Below, in pieces: positions 10,920 through 22,479 of a stretch of DNA of 64,000 nt. Each line of letters opens with the position of its first letter. The stretch's first letter is position 1. Source of the DNA: Scyliorhinus canicula. Taxonomy: Eukaryota. The position numbers and the translations under genes are program-made. The notes under the pieces are model-generated. The model made no database searches. It saw only the letters and a list, made by a program, of their open reading frames with translations, and was not told the origin of the DNA. The stretch lies in NCBI RefSeq assembly GCF_902713615.1, contig NW_024055458.1, forward strand, positions 606,655-670,654, given 5' to 3'.

Positions 10920-11790
10920 GAAATTGTTAATACACTGTACCCCCACTTCACCAACAGTGGGAGGAGCATTAGTTAATCCACTGTACCCGCACTTCCCCAA
11001 CAGAGAGAGGGGGAGGGGCTTTAGTTAATACACTGTACCCCCACTTCCCCAACAGAGAGACGGGGAGGGGCTTTAGTTAATCCACTGTACCCCCACTTCC
11101 CCAACAGAGAGACGGGGAGGGGCTTTAGTTTATCCACTGTATACCCACTTCCCCAATAGAGAGAGGGGGAGGGGCTTTAGTTAATTCACTGTACCCCCAC
11201 TTCCCCAACAGAGAGAGGGGGAGGGGCATTAGTTAATCCACTGTAACCCACTTCCCCAACAAAGAGAGGCAGAGGGGCTTTAGTTAATTCACTGTACCCC
11301 CACTTCCTCAACAGAGAGAGGGGGAGGGGCATTAGTTAATCCACTGTAGCCCACTTCCCCAACAAAGAGAGGAAGAGGGGCATTACTTAATGCACTGTAC
11401 TCCCATTTCCCAGGCAAAGAGAGGGGTAGGGGCATTACTTAACACAGTGTACCCCCAATACCCAGGCAAAGAGAGGGGTAGGGGCATTAGTTAACACAGT
11501 GTATCCCCACTACCCAGGCAAAGAGAGGGGTAGGGGCATTAATGAACAAACTGTACCTTAATTTCCCCAGCAAAGAGAGGAAGAGGGGCATTAGTTAACA
11601 CACTGTACCCTCACTTCCCCAACAAAGAGACGGTGGGGGCCTGAGTTAATCCACTGTACACCCGCTCCAACAGTGAGAGGGAGAGGGATTAGTTAATCCA
11701 CTGTACCCACACTTCCCCAACAAAGAGAGCTAAGGGGCAATACTGACCCATTTTACCTCCACTTTCCCGACCAAAAGAGGAGGAAGGTGA
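10920..11790. repeat. 52-bp minisatellite (~16 copies) in the CH4-TM1 intron
   Basis: ctgtac anchors at 10981, 11033, 11085, 11137; unit ttagttaatccactgtacccccacttccccaacagagagagggggaggggct. Confidence 0.92.
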
Positions 11791-12239
11791 TGAGTGAACT
11801 CTCTGTATCTCCACCTCCAACAGGGAGAATCCAAAGGCAATTTGCTGAGCTGACCAGAGAGAGGGAGATTATTAACTCAATATCTTCCCAGTCCCCAAGC
11901 AGGGAGTTTGAAAGTAAACGGTTCTCTCGACTAAGAATTCAGTTACTGACATTACAAGGCGGCATGTAGCTTACTAGCTACATGGCTAAAAGACCATCAT
12001 GATAAAGATGTTCTAAAAATTTATGCAACAGAATTTTTTAGCACCCTTGTTCCTCTTATCTGTATGCTGAGACCGATTCCGCATAATCCAAATCCAGACT
12101 GGTGATTGAGTTCTCCCTGGGTTTTCACTGTTCTCTCCTGAGGCACCTCCTTGTATTTTTGCATTCGGTCACCTGATGTCAGCTTGCAACTCACACAAAA
12201 CACATTTATAAGCAGAAAGTTCAACATATTCTACATTGG

Positions 12240-13620
12240 TACCAATAATACCTACAACTGGCAAAGCTACAGGCAGCTGATACAAATACACAGACAGATA
12301 AACAGACACAGACACTACACATACATGCACACAGACCCAGAAACACACACACGCTCACACGTAGACACAAACACACACATGGGCACACACATAGAAAAAC
12401 ATGCATAAACATACACACAGGCACAACGAACCACACATATTTTGACACAAAAACACACGCAAACGTGCGCAAAAATTCACAAACATGCACATAAACACAA
12501 ACAAGCCCACATTTATACAGAGACAGACACACGTGCACATCCACACATAGACACACAAATCCACACACACAAGTGGCTACACAAATGTATGCAAACAGAC
12601 ACATACAACCACATGTCCACACAGATACAGAAATATATAAAACCAGACAAGCAGGATGACAGAAGAATATGAAACACAAATGTAACCAATAACATATACA
12701 TTAGCAGAATTTCACGATGAGAGAAATATTTCCATTCAAACAGAGACAGTAATCCACATTAACACACGAATGGGCTCACGTAGACACATATTAGCAGACT
12801 CGTACACACGCTAACACGAACACATATGAATACACATAGAATTATCAATACACATCAATAGATAGTTATAAACAACCATCAACGCATAAATAGCACTGCT
12901 GCCTCACAGCGCCATAAACCCGGGTTCAATTCCAGCCTTGGGTGATTGTCTGTGTAGTGTTTCCACGTTCTCCAGTGTCTGTTCCTGTTTCCTCCGGGTG
13001 CTCCAGTTTCCTCCCACAATCTAAAGCTGTGCAGGTTCGGTGGATTGGCCAGGCTATATTACCCCTCAGTGCCCACAATGTTAGGTGGGGTTACCAGGTT
13101 CTGGGGTTAGGGCAGGGGCATGCGTCCAGATAGGGTGCTCTTTCCGAGGGTCGGTGCAGACTCAATGGGCCGAATGGCCTCGTTAGGCACAGTAGGGATT
13201 ATCCGATGATGATTCTATGATGAAATACACGCATCAACAAACACACACACACACAAACGCACTTATCTAGACACAAACATTAAGACACTGACATGCATGT
13301 TGAACGTATAAAGACACATTAACACTTTTATTACTGGGCAGGGAAGTATAAACTTATATTATAACAGGCATTAATATATAAACATAGACTTCAACACACA
13401 ACACACACACAATAAACACTCATATTTACACATTGACTTAAGATAAATTTACACACAGGCGCCGATACACAAATACACAGATCAATACTCATTGACACAT
13501 GAACATACACAATGACACTTATAAAGACATCGGGACACACAAATGAAGAGTAAAGAAACACGAATTTCGCATCTACACAGACACAAAAGCTAAAGAACAA
13601 ACACAGACGTCAGGCAAGGG
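12240..13620. repeat. Degenerate (CA)-rich low-complexity tract with embedded SINEs
   Basis: acacac/acagac-rich sequence; explains the VC-rich spurious ORFs. Confidence 0.8.
12890..13215 (+). mobile_element. HE1-like tRNA-derived V-SINE with CR1-type tail (tail A)
   Basis: B-box gggttcaattcc, core gtttcctccgggtgctccagtttcctccca, tail gggccgaatggcct...attctatga. Confidence 0.85.
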
Positions 13621-13950
13621 CGGCACGGTGACGCAATGGTTAGCACTGCTGCCTCACGATCCCGCTCCTGGGTCTGTGTCCCTGTGGACTTTCCTCGTGA
13701 CCCGTGGGTCTCACGCCGACAACCCAAAGATGTGCAGGGTAGGTGGATTGGCCATGTTAAATTGCCGCTTAATTGAAAGGAAAAAGTTACAGAGATCGAT
13801 TTCCGAGTGTCATGAACTCAACAGTAGATATGCAATGACAAATATATTAAAGAATGAATTAGCAGCGGGAGAAAATGAAACGAGAATATTAAAAATAAAA
13901 CGTGTATTAACAAACAATCTGATTATATTTATTGGGCTCGATCCTCGTAG

Positions 13951-14078
13951 ATACCACAGACCACACCTGGACTGAAGACAATGAGGATGATAACGGGAAC
14001 ATCTGGACAACCGCTTCCACATTCATCACCCTGTTCTTCCTGAGCATTTCCTACAGCGCTGCAGTCACTCTGGTGAAG
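13951..14078 (+). CDS. IGHM: IgM transmembrane exon TM1
   Basis: Acceptor cctcgtag|, donor AAG|gtgaga; acidic spacer then IWTTASTFITLFFLSISYSAAVTLVK (CART motif). Confidence 0.96.
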
Positions 14079-14217
14079 GTGAGAAGATTCAATCCACTCA
14101 CACTTCAAACTGACAGAAGCCGTTTAAAAACCCTAAATGTTTGATTTGATTAAAAACTCTAACATCAATGTTCCAGATCATAAACATCTGCTTCATCATT
14201 TTCTCTCTCTTTTACAG

Positions 14218-14226
14218 ATCAAGTGA
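14218..14226 (+). CDS. IGHM: IgM TM2 exon (ATC AAG TGA; cytoplasmic tail KIK)
   Basis: Polypyrimidine tract ttttctctctcttttacag| then I-K-stop, phase 0 matching TM1. Confidence 0.9.
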   Translation: MK

Positions 14227-14631
14227 TCGGTTGACGTTCGGACGCTGTAGATTTTCCTCAGCTGTTTATTATTATCTGTGTGTGACAGAAATACAATATC
14301 TCCTCTTGGTGACTCTAACAGTAACATCCTCTCCGTTTATTATTCTGCATCTGTAACTGAGACAATCATGGACAGTATTTCTGCTTTTCAGTTTAAAATG
14401 TACAAGATAATTTTGGCTGTAATGTAACTGTAGCTAATAATTTCTCTCAATATCATGTCTAAATAAGTAACTTATCTCGTACCTTATTCACAACAATTTT
14501 CTTCCCTTTATGTTGAGCTCCTGTTCTCTCTTGTGTCTGTTACAGTTGTACATACATTTGGCAGCTCAGATGGCATGTGTTCTGTTCTCAGTGTGACCCT
14601 CAATCACTATTTTCCCTTTTGTAAACATCAA

Positions 14632-14672
14632 AATAAACTTTTGTGTAATATTTTCTCTGAAATTTTAATAAA
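14632..14672 (+). terminator. Candidate membrane-form polyadenylation signals
   Basis: AATAAA at 14632 and 14667, ~400 bp past the TM2 stop. Confidence 0.55.
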
Positions 14673-15054
14673 TATTGAATGAAAAATGAAGAAAATAAGA
14701 CTAATCGGAACTCCTTTCTCTAAGGTCTATCGGCACTGATCGATTTCCCCGATTATACAGTTGTCTCCCCTTTCCCAGACAGATATTTCTCACCAGTCCT
14801 GTCTGGGATGTGTCGGAACTCAAGGCCCCTCAGTGAAAGAGCCACTGCGCCACCAAGCGGCCCATCCGGGTTAAGACACCTTCACCTTTGCCTTTTTATG
14901 GTAAACTCTAGAGACAGGATGCCAGCTAAAGAATTCTACAGATTCACTCCCCTCTGATGGAAGAAATGTCTCCTCATCTCTGTCCTAAATTTGAGATCTC
15001 TTACTCTGAGATTATGCCCTCTGGTCTCAGACTCTCCCACAAGAGGAAACAAGA

Positions 15055-15302
15055 TTGTTTTTCAGGCTGTGTAACTGGTTAAAGCTCTTTCCACAGTCAG
15101 TTCACTGGAACACTCCCACTCAGGTGTGTGTGGGTCTCGGGGCTTTTCCAGTCACACTTGTTTGAAATCGCTTCCCACAGTCCGAACAGACAAACACATT
15201 GACAGTTTGTGATATTTAGATCCTAATGAATTGAGTGACTGTCAGATCTTGATGTTATATTTGGTTCCAGTTGCCCAGCTGCCAATCCTCCCGTTCTAAT
15301 GC
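15055..15302 (-). pseudogene. Relic 5' part of a shark ZNF-gene terminal exon, cut off before the fingers
   Basis: Homologous to 59240-59507, the exon start of the minus-strand ZNF; minus-strand acceptor tttttcag| at 15303-15304; abuts a CR1 fragment. Confidence 0.7.
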
Positions 15303-15465
15303 CTGAAAAATAAGTTTACAAAAATGATCACTGTAAGAATAGGATAGAAATTCACAACAGATCATTCTAGTTTCTATCAAACCTTCTTTCGTCTCTTGCT
15401 TTCCTCAAGCATGTGGTCCAGTCAAAATAAAAGACCAAAATCAGCTAGAAGCCCCAACAAAAGTG

Positions 15466-15700
15466 TCACTGCCTGTGCGGAGTCTGCCCGTTCTCCCCGT
15501 GTCTGCGTGGGTTTCCTCGAAGTGCTCCGGTTTCCTCCCACAGTCCAACGATGCGCAGGTTAGGTGGATTGGCCATGCTAAATTGCCCTTATGTTGGATG
15601 GGGTCGCTGGGTTACAGGGATAGGGTGGAGATGCTCTTTCCAAGAGCCAGTGCAGACTAGATGGGCCGAACGGCCGACTTCTGCACTGTAAATTCTATGA
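15466..15700 (+). mobile_element. HE1-like SINE, 5'-truncated, tail A
   Basis: V-core and gatgggccgaacggccgacttctgcactgtaaattctatga tail. Confidence 0.85.
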
Positions 15701-15744
15701 TTGTACCTCGATGATTATTGAGTCAATCCGCGAGTCAGCCTGAA

Positions 15745-16145
15745 ATCTGCCTCACAATGCCCGGGTGATTGACAGCAGCCCCGGACCAATAAGAAGAGGA
15801 GGGGCGGGACTGCGGGACCGACCGGAAGCAGCTAGACCTCCAACCAATCGGAGTGAATGAGGGGCGGGCCCGCTGTGATTGAAGCAGGCGCAGTGTGTGT
15901 AATGGCGATGTAGAAGGACGTGTTTTTTAGATCGGAAATCGGTGAGAGGACTTTAACAACATGGAGGGAGCGAGAGATCGCGGGGGTGGGCGGAAACGTT
16001 GTGTAAAGTTGTTGAAATCGCAAACATCGGAAAGGTTTCCGCGACCCCGTTTGTACTGAGCGAAACTGCAGCTCCTCACGTTCGGCTCGGGTTAACGGCC
16101 GCCATCTTTATTGGATGCAAATCAGGGCGCATGCGCGTTTGCCGT
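15745..16145 (+). promoter_or_regulatory. CpG-rich TATA-less promoter of a ZNF unit
   Basis: CCAAT at 15786 and 15844; GGGGCGGG at 15801 and 15861; YY1-like GCCGCCATCTT at 16098; NRF1-like GCGCATGCGC ~16134; inverted paralog at ~61820-62400. Confidence 0.75.
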
Positions 16146-16557
16146 CTTTGTCGGAGCGATGTTTCAATGAGTGGGAGGAGCTTGTTCCCCATTGTTCAGA
16201 ATGGAGACAACTTGTCCATCAAATTGGATTAGTCTTTGAGTCCCAATGTCTTATTGATGATGCAAAGCGGTGGCAGAGATGGAAAGAAAAGGAAGCCGAT
16301 CCTGCTCTCTGGATTTCACTCTCTTATTAGACATTCTGTCCCATCTGTCCAAAGCTCTGCGGCTCTGTTCAGCCATGTGAAGACCCAGGATAGAAATTCA
16401 CAATCAATGGGCTTTGACAAAGAGTCATTGGACTCGAAACGTTAGCTCTTTTCTCTCCCTACAGATGCTGCCGGACTTGCTGAGATTTTCCAGCATTTTC
16501 CCTTTCAATAGAAATTCACAACCCTGAGTAGACGTCACCCTCAAATCGAGGACTGAT

Positions 16558-17030
16558 TCATAGAATTTACAGTGCAGAAGGAGGCCATTGGGCCCATCGA
16601 GTCTGCACCGGCTCTTGGAAAGAGCACCCGACCCAAGCCCACACCTTCACCCTATTCCAGTAACCCCACCCAACTCTAAGGGCAATTTTGGATACTTAAG
16701 GGCAATTTAGCTTCACAGCTCCAGGGTCCCAGGTTCGATTCCCGGCTTGGGTCACTTGTTTGTGCGGAGTCTGCACGTTCTCCCCGTGTGTGCGTAGGTT
16801 TCCTCTGCGTGCTCCGGTTTCCTCCCACGTCCAAAGATGTGCAGGTTAGGTGGATTGGCCATGCTAGATTGCCCTTAGTGTTCAAATTTGCCCATAGTCT
16901 TGGGTGGGGTTACTGGGTTATGGGGATAGGGTGGAGGTGTGGGCTTGGGTAGGGTGCTCTTTCCAAGAGCCGGTGCAGACACGATGGGCCGAATGGCCTC
17001 CTTCTGCAATGTAAATTCTATGAAATTATA
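16558..17030. mobile_element. Inverted pair of HE1-like SINEs (minus 3' half, then plus copy)
   Basis: Tail A read in both orientations either side of ~16708. Confidence 0.8.
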
Positions 17031-17244
17031 TGAAATACATGGGTTTTTGGAAAATCATTGCGACAGTAAAAAATATTTTAGTGACTCTGGAACATGATTA
17101 GGACAGTAAAAATACTAATGTTGAGTCTCTGGAAAATCATGAGGACAGTAAAAAAGATTTTTGAACATTTCTCTTCTGTGGATATAAAAATATTGAAACT
17201 GTGATAAAGGTTGATTGACTGACAGTCAATCGCTGTCCTTTTAT

Positions 17245-17712
17245 AAAATAACTTTAGAGTGCCCAATTCATTTTTTCCAATTCAGGGACAATTCAGAGTG
17301 TCCAATGGGCCTAACCTGCACATCTTTGCGTTGTGGGGATGCAGCATGGTGGTGCAGTGGGTTAGCCCTAATGCCTCACGGCACGAAGGTCCCAGGTTCG
17401 ATCCCGGCTCTGGTCACTGTCCATGTGGAGTTTGCACATTCTCCCCGTGTTTGCGTGGGTTTCGCCACCACAACCCAAAGATGTGCAAGGAAAGTGGATT
17501 GGCAAGGCTAAATTGCCCCTTAATTGGGAAAAAAAAATTAATTGGTTACTCTAAATTTATTTTTTTTAAATCATTGGGTTGTGGCATGAAACCCACACAA
17601 ACACGGGGAGAATGTGCAAACTTCGCACAGACAGTGACCCAGAACTGGGATCGAACCTGTGACCTCGGCGCTGTGAGACAGCAGTGCTAACCACTGCACC
17701 ACCGTGCTGCCC
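17245..17712. mobile_element. Nested SINEs: plus tail-B copy (~17337-17570) inside a minus tail-B copy
   Basis: The minus copy is split at ttg(c/g)gttgtgg and resumes after the inserted copy. Confidence 0.75.
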
Positions 17713-17933
17713 TAGTCAAACACTGTCCTGGAAGGGAAGGAGTTCTTTTGCTTCCCAATTGGCCGAGGAAGGCAGTGCGTCACAAGGATGGATGTGTTGA
17801 CCGATTAACGGCTGGAGGATGGCGGCAAGTCATGTGATCAAGCCTGCAGAAATACATTCAATCAAAGTTGGCGAGGAGAGAATGTTGTGAATTTCTATCC
17901 GAAACTGACAGTGTGGTTTCTGTAAATTTACAG

Positions 17934-18135
17934 GATACTGGAAGTGGAGGTTTAACAGACGGGAAACACAAACCAAATGTCACATCGCGATCTGACAGAG
18001 TCACTCGATTCATCAGAACCAGAATTTCAGCAGCATCTGGGTGTGGAAGGTAAAAGGTTTGTCTGTTCTGTCTGTGAGGGAAGATTTCAGGTCTCAGTGT
18101 GACTGGAAAAGCCCCGAGATTCACAAACCCTGGTT
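17934..18135 (+). pseudogene. Truncated ZNF-type exon start, with no fingers following
   Basis: Acceptor tgtaaatttacag|gatactggaag; paralog at ~47210-47530. Confidence 0.55.
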
Positions 18136-18297
18136 AGACCAAACCTGGAGAACTGTGTTCAGTTCTGGGCAACAAACCTGAGGAAGGATAGAATGGCCTT
18201 GGAGGGAGTGTAGCACAGATTTACCCGAGTGATATCTGAACCCCCCCCCGGGGTTGGGTTAAATTAAAAGGCGAGATTACACAAAAATGTCAGAGTC

Positions 18298-18895
18298 AGC
18301 TGGCAGCACGGTGGCGCAGTGAGTAGCATTACTGCCAAACAGCGCCGAGGTCCCAGGTTCGATCCCGGCTCTGGGTCACTGTCCATGTGGAGTTTGCACA
18401 TTGTTTGCATGGGTTTTGCCTCCAAAGCCCAAAGATGTGCAGGTTAGGTGGACTGACCACGCTAAATTGCCCCTTAATTGGAAAAAATGAATTCGGTACT
18501 CTAAATCTATTTTTAAAAATTAAAAAAACCAAAAATGTCAGTCATTATGGGCAGAGAAGGGCATTCGGTCCATTGAGTCCATGCTAGCTCTCTGGTCGGC
18601 CAGGTGGTTAGCACTGTTGCTTCACAGCGCCAGGGACCCAGGTTTGATTCCTGGCTTGGGTCACTGTCTGCGGTCTGTGCACGTTCTCCCCATGTGTGTT
18701 GTGGGTTTCCTCCGGGTGCTGCGGTTTCCTTCCACAAGTCCCGAAAGACGTGCTTGTCCGGTAAATTGGACATTCTGAATTCTCGCTCTGTACCTGAACA
18801 GGTGCCGGAGTGTTACGACTTGAGGATTTTCACAGTAACGTCATTGCAGTGTTAATGTAAGCTTACATATGACACTAATAAAGATTATTATTATC
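18298..18895 (+). mobile_element. Two HE1-like SINEs: tail B (~18298-18510) and tail C (~18590-18895)
   Basis: Same head and core, different 3' ends (cccttaattggaaaaa...ctaaat versus cacagtaacgtcattgcagtgttaatgtaagc...aataaagattatta). Confidence 0.8.
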
Positions 18896-19459
18896 TGGAG
18901 CAATCCAGTCAGAGTCATTCTCCTGCTCTGTCTCTATCTTCACAGGTTTATTTCTCTCAGGTTTCTATCCAATTTTTAAAAAAATAATTTATTGTGTCTA
19001 TTTCCAAACACTGTCCTTGGCAGCAAGTTTAAGGTCATTGCCACTGGCTGTGTAAAAACATTCTTCCTCATACCTCCTGTACCATTTACATGCACAGATA
19101 CGGAGCAACGTAGAAAATAGGAGCAGGAGGAGACCATTTGGCCCTTTGAGCCTGCTCCACCATTCATTACGATCAGAGCTGATCAGGCTCAATAGCCGAA
19201 TCCCGCTTTCCCCCCATATCCTTTGATCCCCTTCACCCTCAGTGCTGTATCTAACTACTTCTTGAAAACATGCAATGTTTTGGCCTCAATTAGTTCCTGT
19301 GGCGACAAATTCCATAGGCTCACCGCTCTCTGGGTGAAGAAATGTCTCCTCATCTCTGTCCTAAATGGTCTACCCGGTATCCTCAGACTGTGACCCCTAT
19401 TTCTGGACACCACTATCGGGAACATCCTTCCTGAATCTACTCTGTCTCACCCTGTTTTT

Positions 19460-21128
19460 CTTTTAACATAAATTTAGAGTGACCAAATTTTGTTTGCAAT
19501 TAAGGTGCAGTTTTAACGTGGCCAATCTACCTACCCTGCACATCTTTGGATTTGTGGGGGTGAGACCCACGCAAACACAGGGAGAATGTGCAAACTCCAC
19601 AAAGACCGTGACCCGGATTGAACCCGGGTCCTCGGCGCCATGAGGCAGCAGTGCTAACCACTGAGCCACCGTGCCACCCACTTTTTATAGGTTTCTATGA
19701 GATCCCCCTCATTCTTCTGAACTCCAGCGAATACAATCCTAACCAATTCAAACTAACCTGCACATCTTTGAACTGTGGGAGGAAACCGGAGAACCCGGAG
19801 GAAACCCACACAAACACACGGAGAAAGTGCAAACTCCACACAGTCAGGGGGAGAATTGAACCCGGGTCCCTGGTGCTGTAAGGCAGCAGTGCTAAGCACT
19901 ATGCCACCCCCTGTCTTGCAACCCTCAAGAGAAAAAAAAATCCTTATCCCCATCTGAAATGGGTGACCACTCACTTTGCAACAGTGACCCCCATGTTCCA
20001 GATTCTCCCACAAGAGAAACATCCTCTCCACATCCACCCTGTCAAGACCCCTCAGGATCTTGTATCATTCAATCCAGGTTTTACCCAAAACTTTAAATCT
20101 GTGTCCTGACTGCTTGTATGATCAGTGAATGGAAACAGAGTTTCTTTGTCCACCTGATGGAAATCTGGCATAATCGTGTGTCCCTGAACCAAATCTCCCC
20201 TCAACCTCCTTTGCTGGAACCATTCTGGTAAATCTCCTCTGCACCTTCTCCAAGAACCTTCCCATTCTTCCTGAAGAGTGGTGACCAGAGCTTTATAAAG
20301 ATTCATAGAATAGAATTAGAACTATAGAATTCCTACAGTGCAAAAGGGGGCCATTCGTCCCATCAAGTCTGCACCGATTCTCTGAAAGGGCACCCTGCCT
20401 AGGCCCACACCCCTACCCTGTCCCTGGAACCCCAGAGCCCCACCTAACCTGCACATCCCTGGACACTGAGGGGCAATTTATCAAGGCCAATCCACCTAAC
20501 TTTCCCTTCTTTGGACTGTTAGAGGAAACCTGAGCACCGGGTGGAAACCCACACAGGCATGGGGGGAAAGTGCAAACTCCACACAGACAGTCACCAAGGT
20601 CACAATTAAACCCGGGTCCCTGGCGCTGTGAGGCAGCAGTGCTAACTACCGTTCCACCAGAAGCATAGTTTCTGTATCAATATTACTGTTTATGAAGGTC
20701 AAGATCGAATTTGCTTTGCCATCAACTCTCTTAATATGTCTTGTAGATGTACAAATTCCCTCTTCACCTCTTTCTCTCTCCTCCCAAAGAGGCCAGTTGT
20801 GTTTTTGTGACAATTCTGCCATTTTCATGGTCACTTTTTCCCAGAACCGGCCCCACAAATGACCAGATTCATTCAGTTCAATTTCACAACCTGCTTTTGT
20901 GTTTTTCTAAAATAAATTTAGATTATCCAATTCATTTTTTCCAATTAAGGGGCAATTTAGCGTGGCCAGTCCACCTATCCTGCACATATTTGGGTTGTGG
21001 GGGTGAAACCGCAAACACGGGGAGAATGTGCAAACTCCACATGGACTGTGACCCGGGGCCAGGATCGAACCTGGGACCTCGGAGCCGTGAGGCAGCAGGG
21101 CTAACACACTGTGCCACCGTGCTGCCCG
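19460..21128 (-). mobile_element. Four antisense HE1-like SINEs (~19460-19680, 19740-19915, 20320-20655, 20910-21128) among CR1 3' fragments
   Basis: Reverse-complement V-core and heads ending ...accgtgctgccc. Confidence 0.8.
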
Positions 21129-21198
21129 CCTTTGTGTTTTTCTGGGTTCTCTCTCACTCCCTATTTTCTGTTTTAAATCAGTTTCACAGTGTGTTCGA

Positions 21199-22251
21199 AT
21201 GGGAGACTTCAAAGTCCAGAAACTCAAACCAAGCATCATGTCAGGATCTGACAGAGTCCTCAATTTATCATATCCTGAATATCAGCGGATTTTGATCATG
21301 GAAGGAAAAAGCATCGTTCACAGTGGGGAGAAACCGTACACGTGTTGCGTGTGTGGACGAAGATTCAGTCAATCATCAGGCCTCACAAGCCACAAATGCA
21401 GTCACACAGAGGAGAAACCATGGAAATGTGGGGACTGTGGCAAAGGATTCACTTACCCATCCAAACTGGAAACTCATCAACGCAGTCACACTGGGGAGAG
21501 ACCATTCACCTGTTCCAAGTGTGGGAAGGGATTCACTCAGTCATCCACCCTGCTGAGTCACCAGCGAGTTCACACTGATGAGAGACCGTTTCAATGTCCA
21601 GATTGCGGGAAGTGCTATAAATGTTCTGGGGAACTAATGTGCCATCAACGTGTTCACACTGACGAGAAACCGTTTAGGTGCTCTGACTGTGGGACCGGGT
21701 TCAGACGGTCAGCTGATCTCGCTGTACATCAGCAAATTCATACTGGGGAGAGGCCATTCGCCTGCTCTCAGTGTGGGAAGGGATTCATTCGGTCATCGGC
21801 CCTGCTGAGACACCAGCGAAGTCACACTCGGGAGAGATCGTTCACCTGCTCCGAGTGTGGGAAGAGATTCAGTCACTCATCCAACCTGCTGAGTCACCAG
21901 CGAGTTCACACTGGGGAGAGTCCATTCACCTGCTCCAATTGTGGGAAGGGTTTCGCCACTTCATCCCACCTGCTGAGTCACCAGCGAGTTCATACTGGGG
22001 AGAGACCATTCACCTGCTCCAAGTGTGGGAAGAGATTCAGTCACTCATCCAACCTGCTGAGTCACCAGCGAGTTCACACTGGGGAGAGTCCATTCACCTG
22101 CTCCAATTGTGGGAAGGGTTTTGCCACTTCATCCCACCTGCTGAGACACCAGCGAGTTCACACTGGGGAGAGACCATTCACCTGCTCCAAGTGTGGGAAA
22201 GGATTCACTCAGTCATCAAACCTGCTGAGACACCAACGAGGCCACAAGTAA
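21199..22251 (+). CDS. C2H2 zinc-finger protein, 11 fingers, intact, no KRAB domain visible
   Basis: 350-aa ORF from ATG; CxxC...HxxxH repeats with TGERP linkers; probable acceptor tttcacag| at 21189. Confidence 0.9.
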   Translation: MGDFKVQKLKPSIMSGSDRVLNLSYPEYQRILIMEGKSIVHSGEKPYTCCVCGRRFSQSSGLTSHKCSHTEEKPWKCGDCGKGFTYPSKLETHQRSHTGERPFTCSKCGKGFTQSSTLLSHQRVHTDERPFQCPDCGKCYKCSGELMCHQRVHTDEKPFRCSDCGTGFRRSADLAVHQQIHTGERPFACSQCGKGFIRSSALLRHQRSHTRERSFTCSECGKRFSHSSNLLSHQRVHTGESPFTCSNCGKGFATSSHLLSHQRVHTGERPFTCSKCGKRFSHSSNLLSHQRVHTGESPFTCSNCGKGFATSSHLLRHQRVHTGERPFTCSKCGKGFTQSSNLLRHQRGHK

Positions 22252-22479
22252 CCACAGTAATTGGATTTTGCTGTTACTCACATTCAGGACTGAGCCATAT
22301 TCATTTGGGTCTTTTTCTGCTGATAACAAACTCCAGCCCATTTACAGGGGCTAATATTCTGGCTAAAAATCAAATAAATTAGATTTGTGTTAAATACGCA
22401 GTGTGTTGAAACTTTTTGATATCTCTGACACAAGTTAGTTCCTTTTGAAGTTCTCTCACTCTCCCCTGTCTCTTCCATC

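Noticed and set aside
12221-13600. Cys/Val-rich ORFs
   Set aside because: Artefacts of the (CA/TG)n low-complexity tract.
17045-17165. Three ~43-bp degenerate repeats (ggaaaatcat..gacagtaaaaa)
   Set aside because: Short, AT-rich local duplication with no supporting context.
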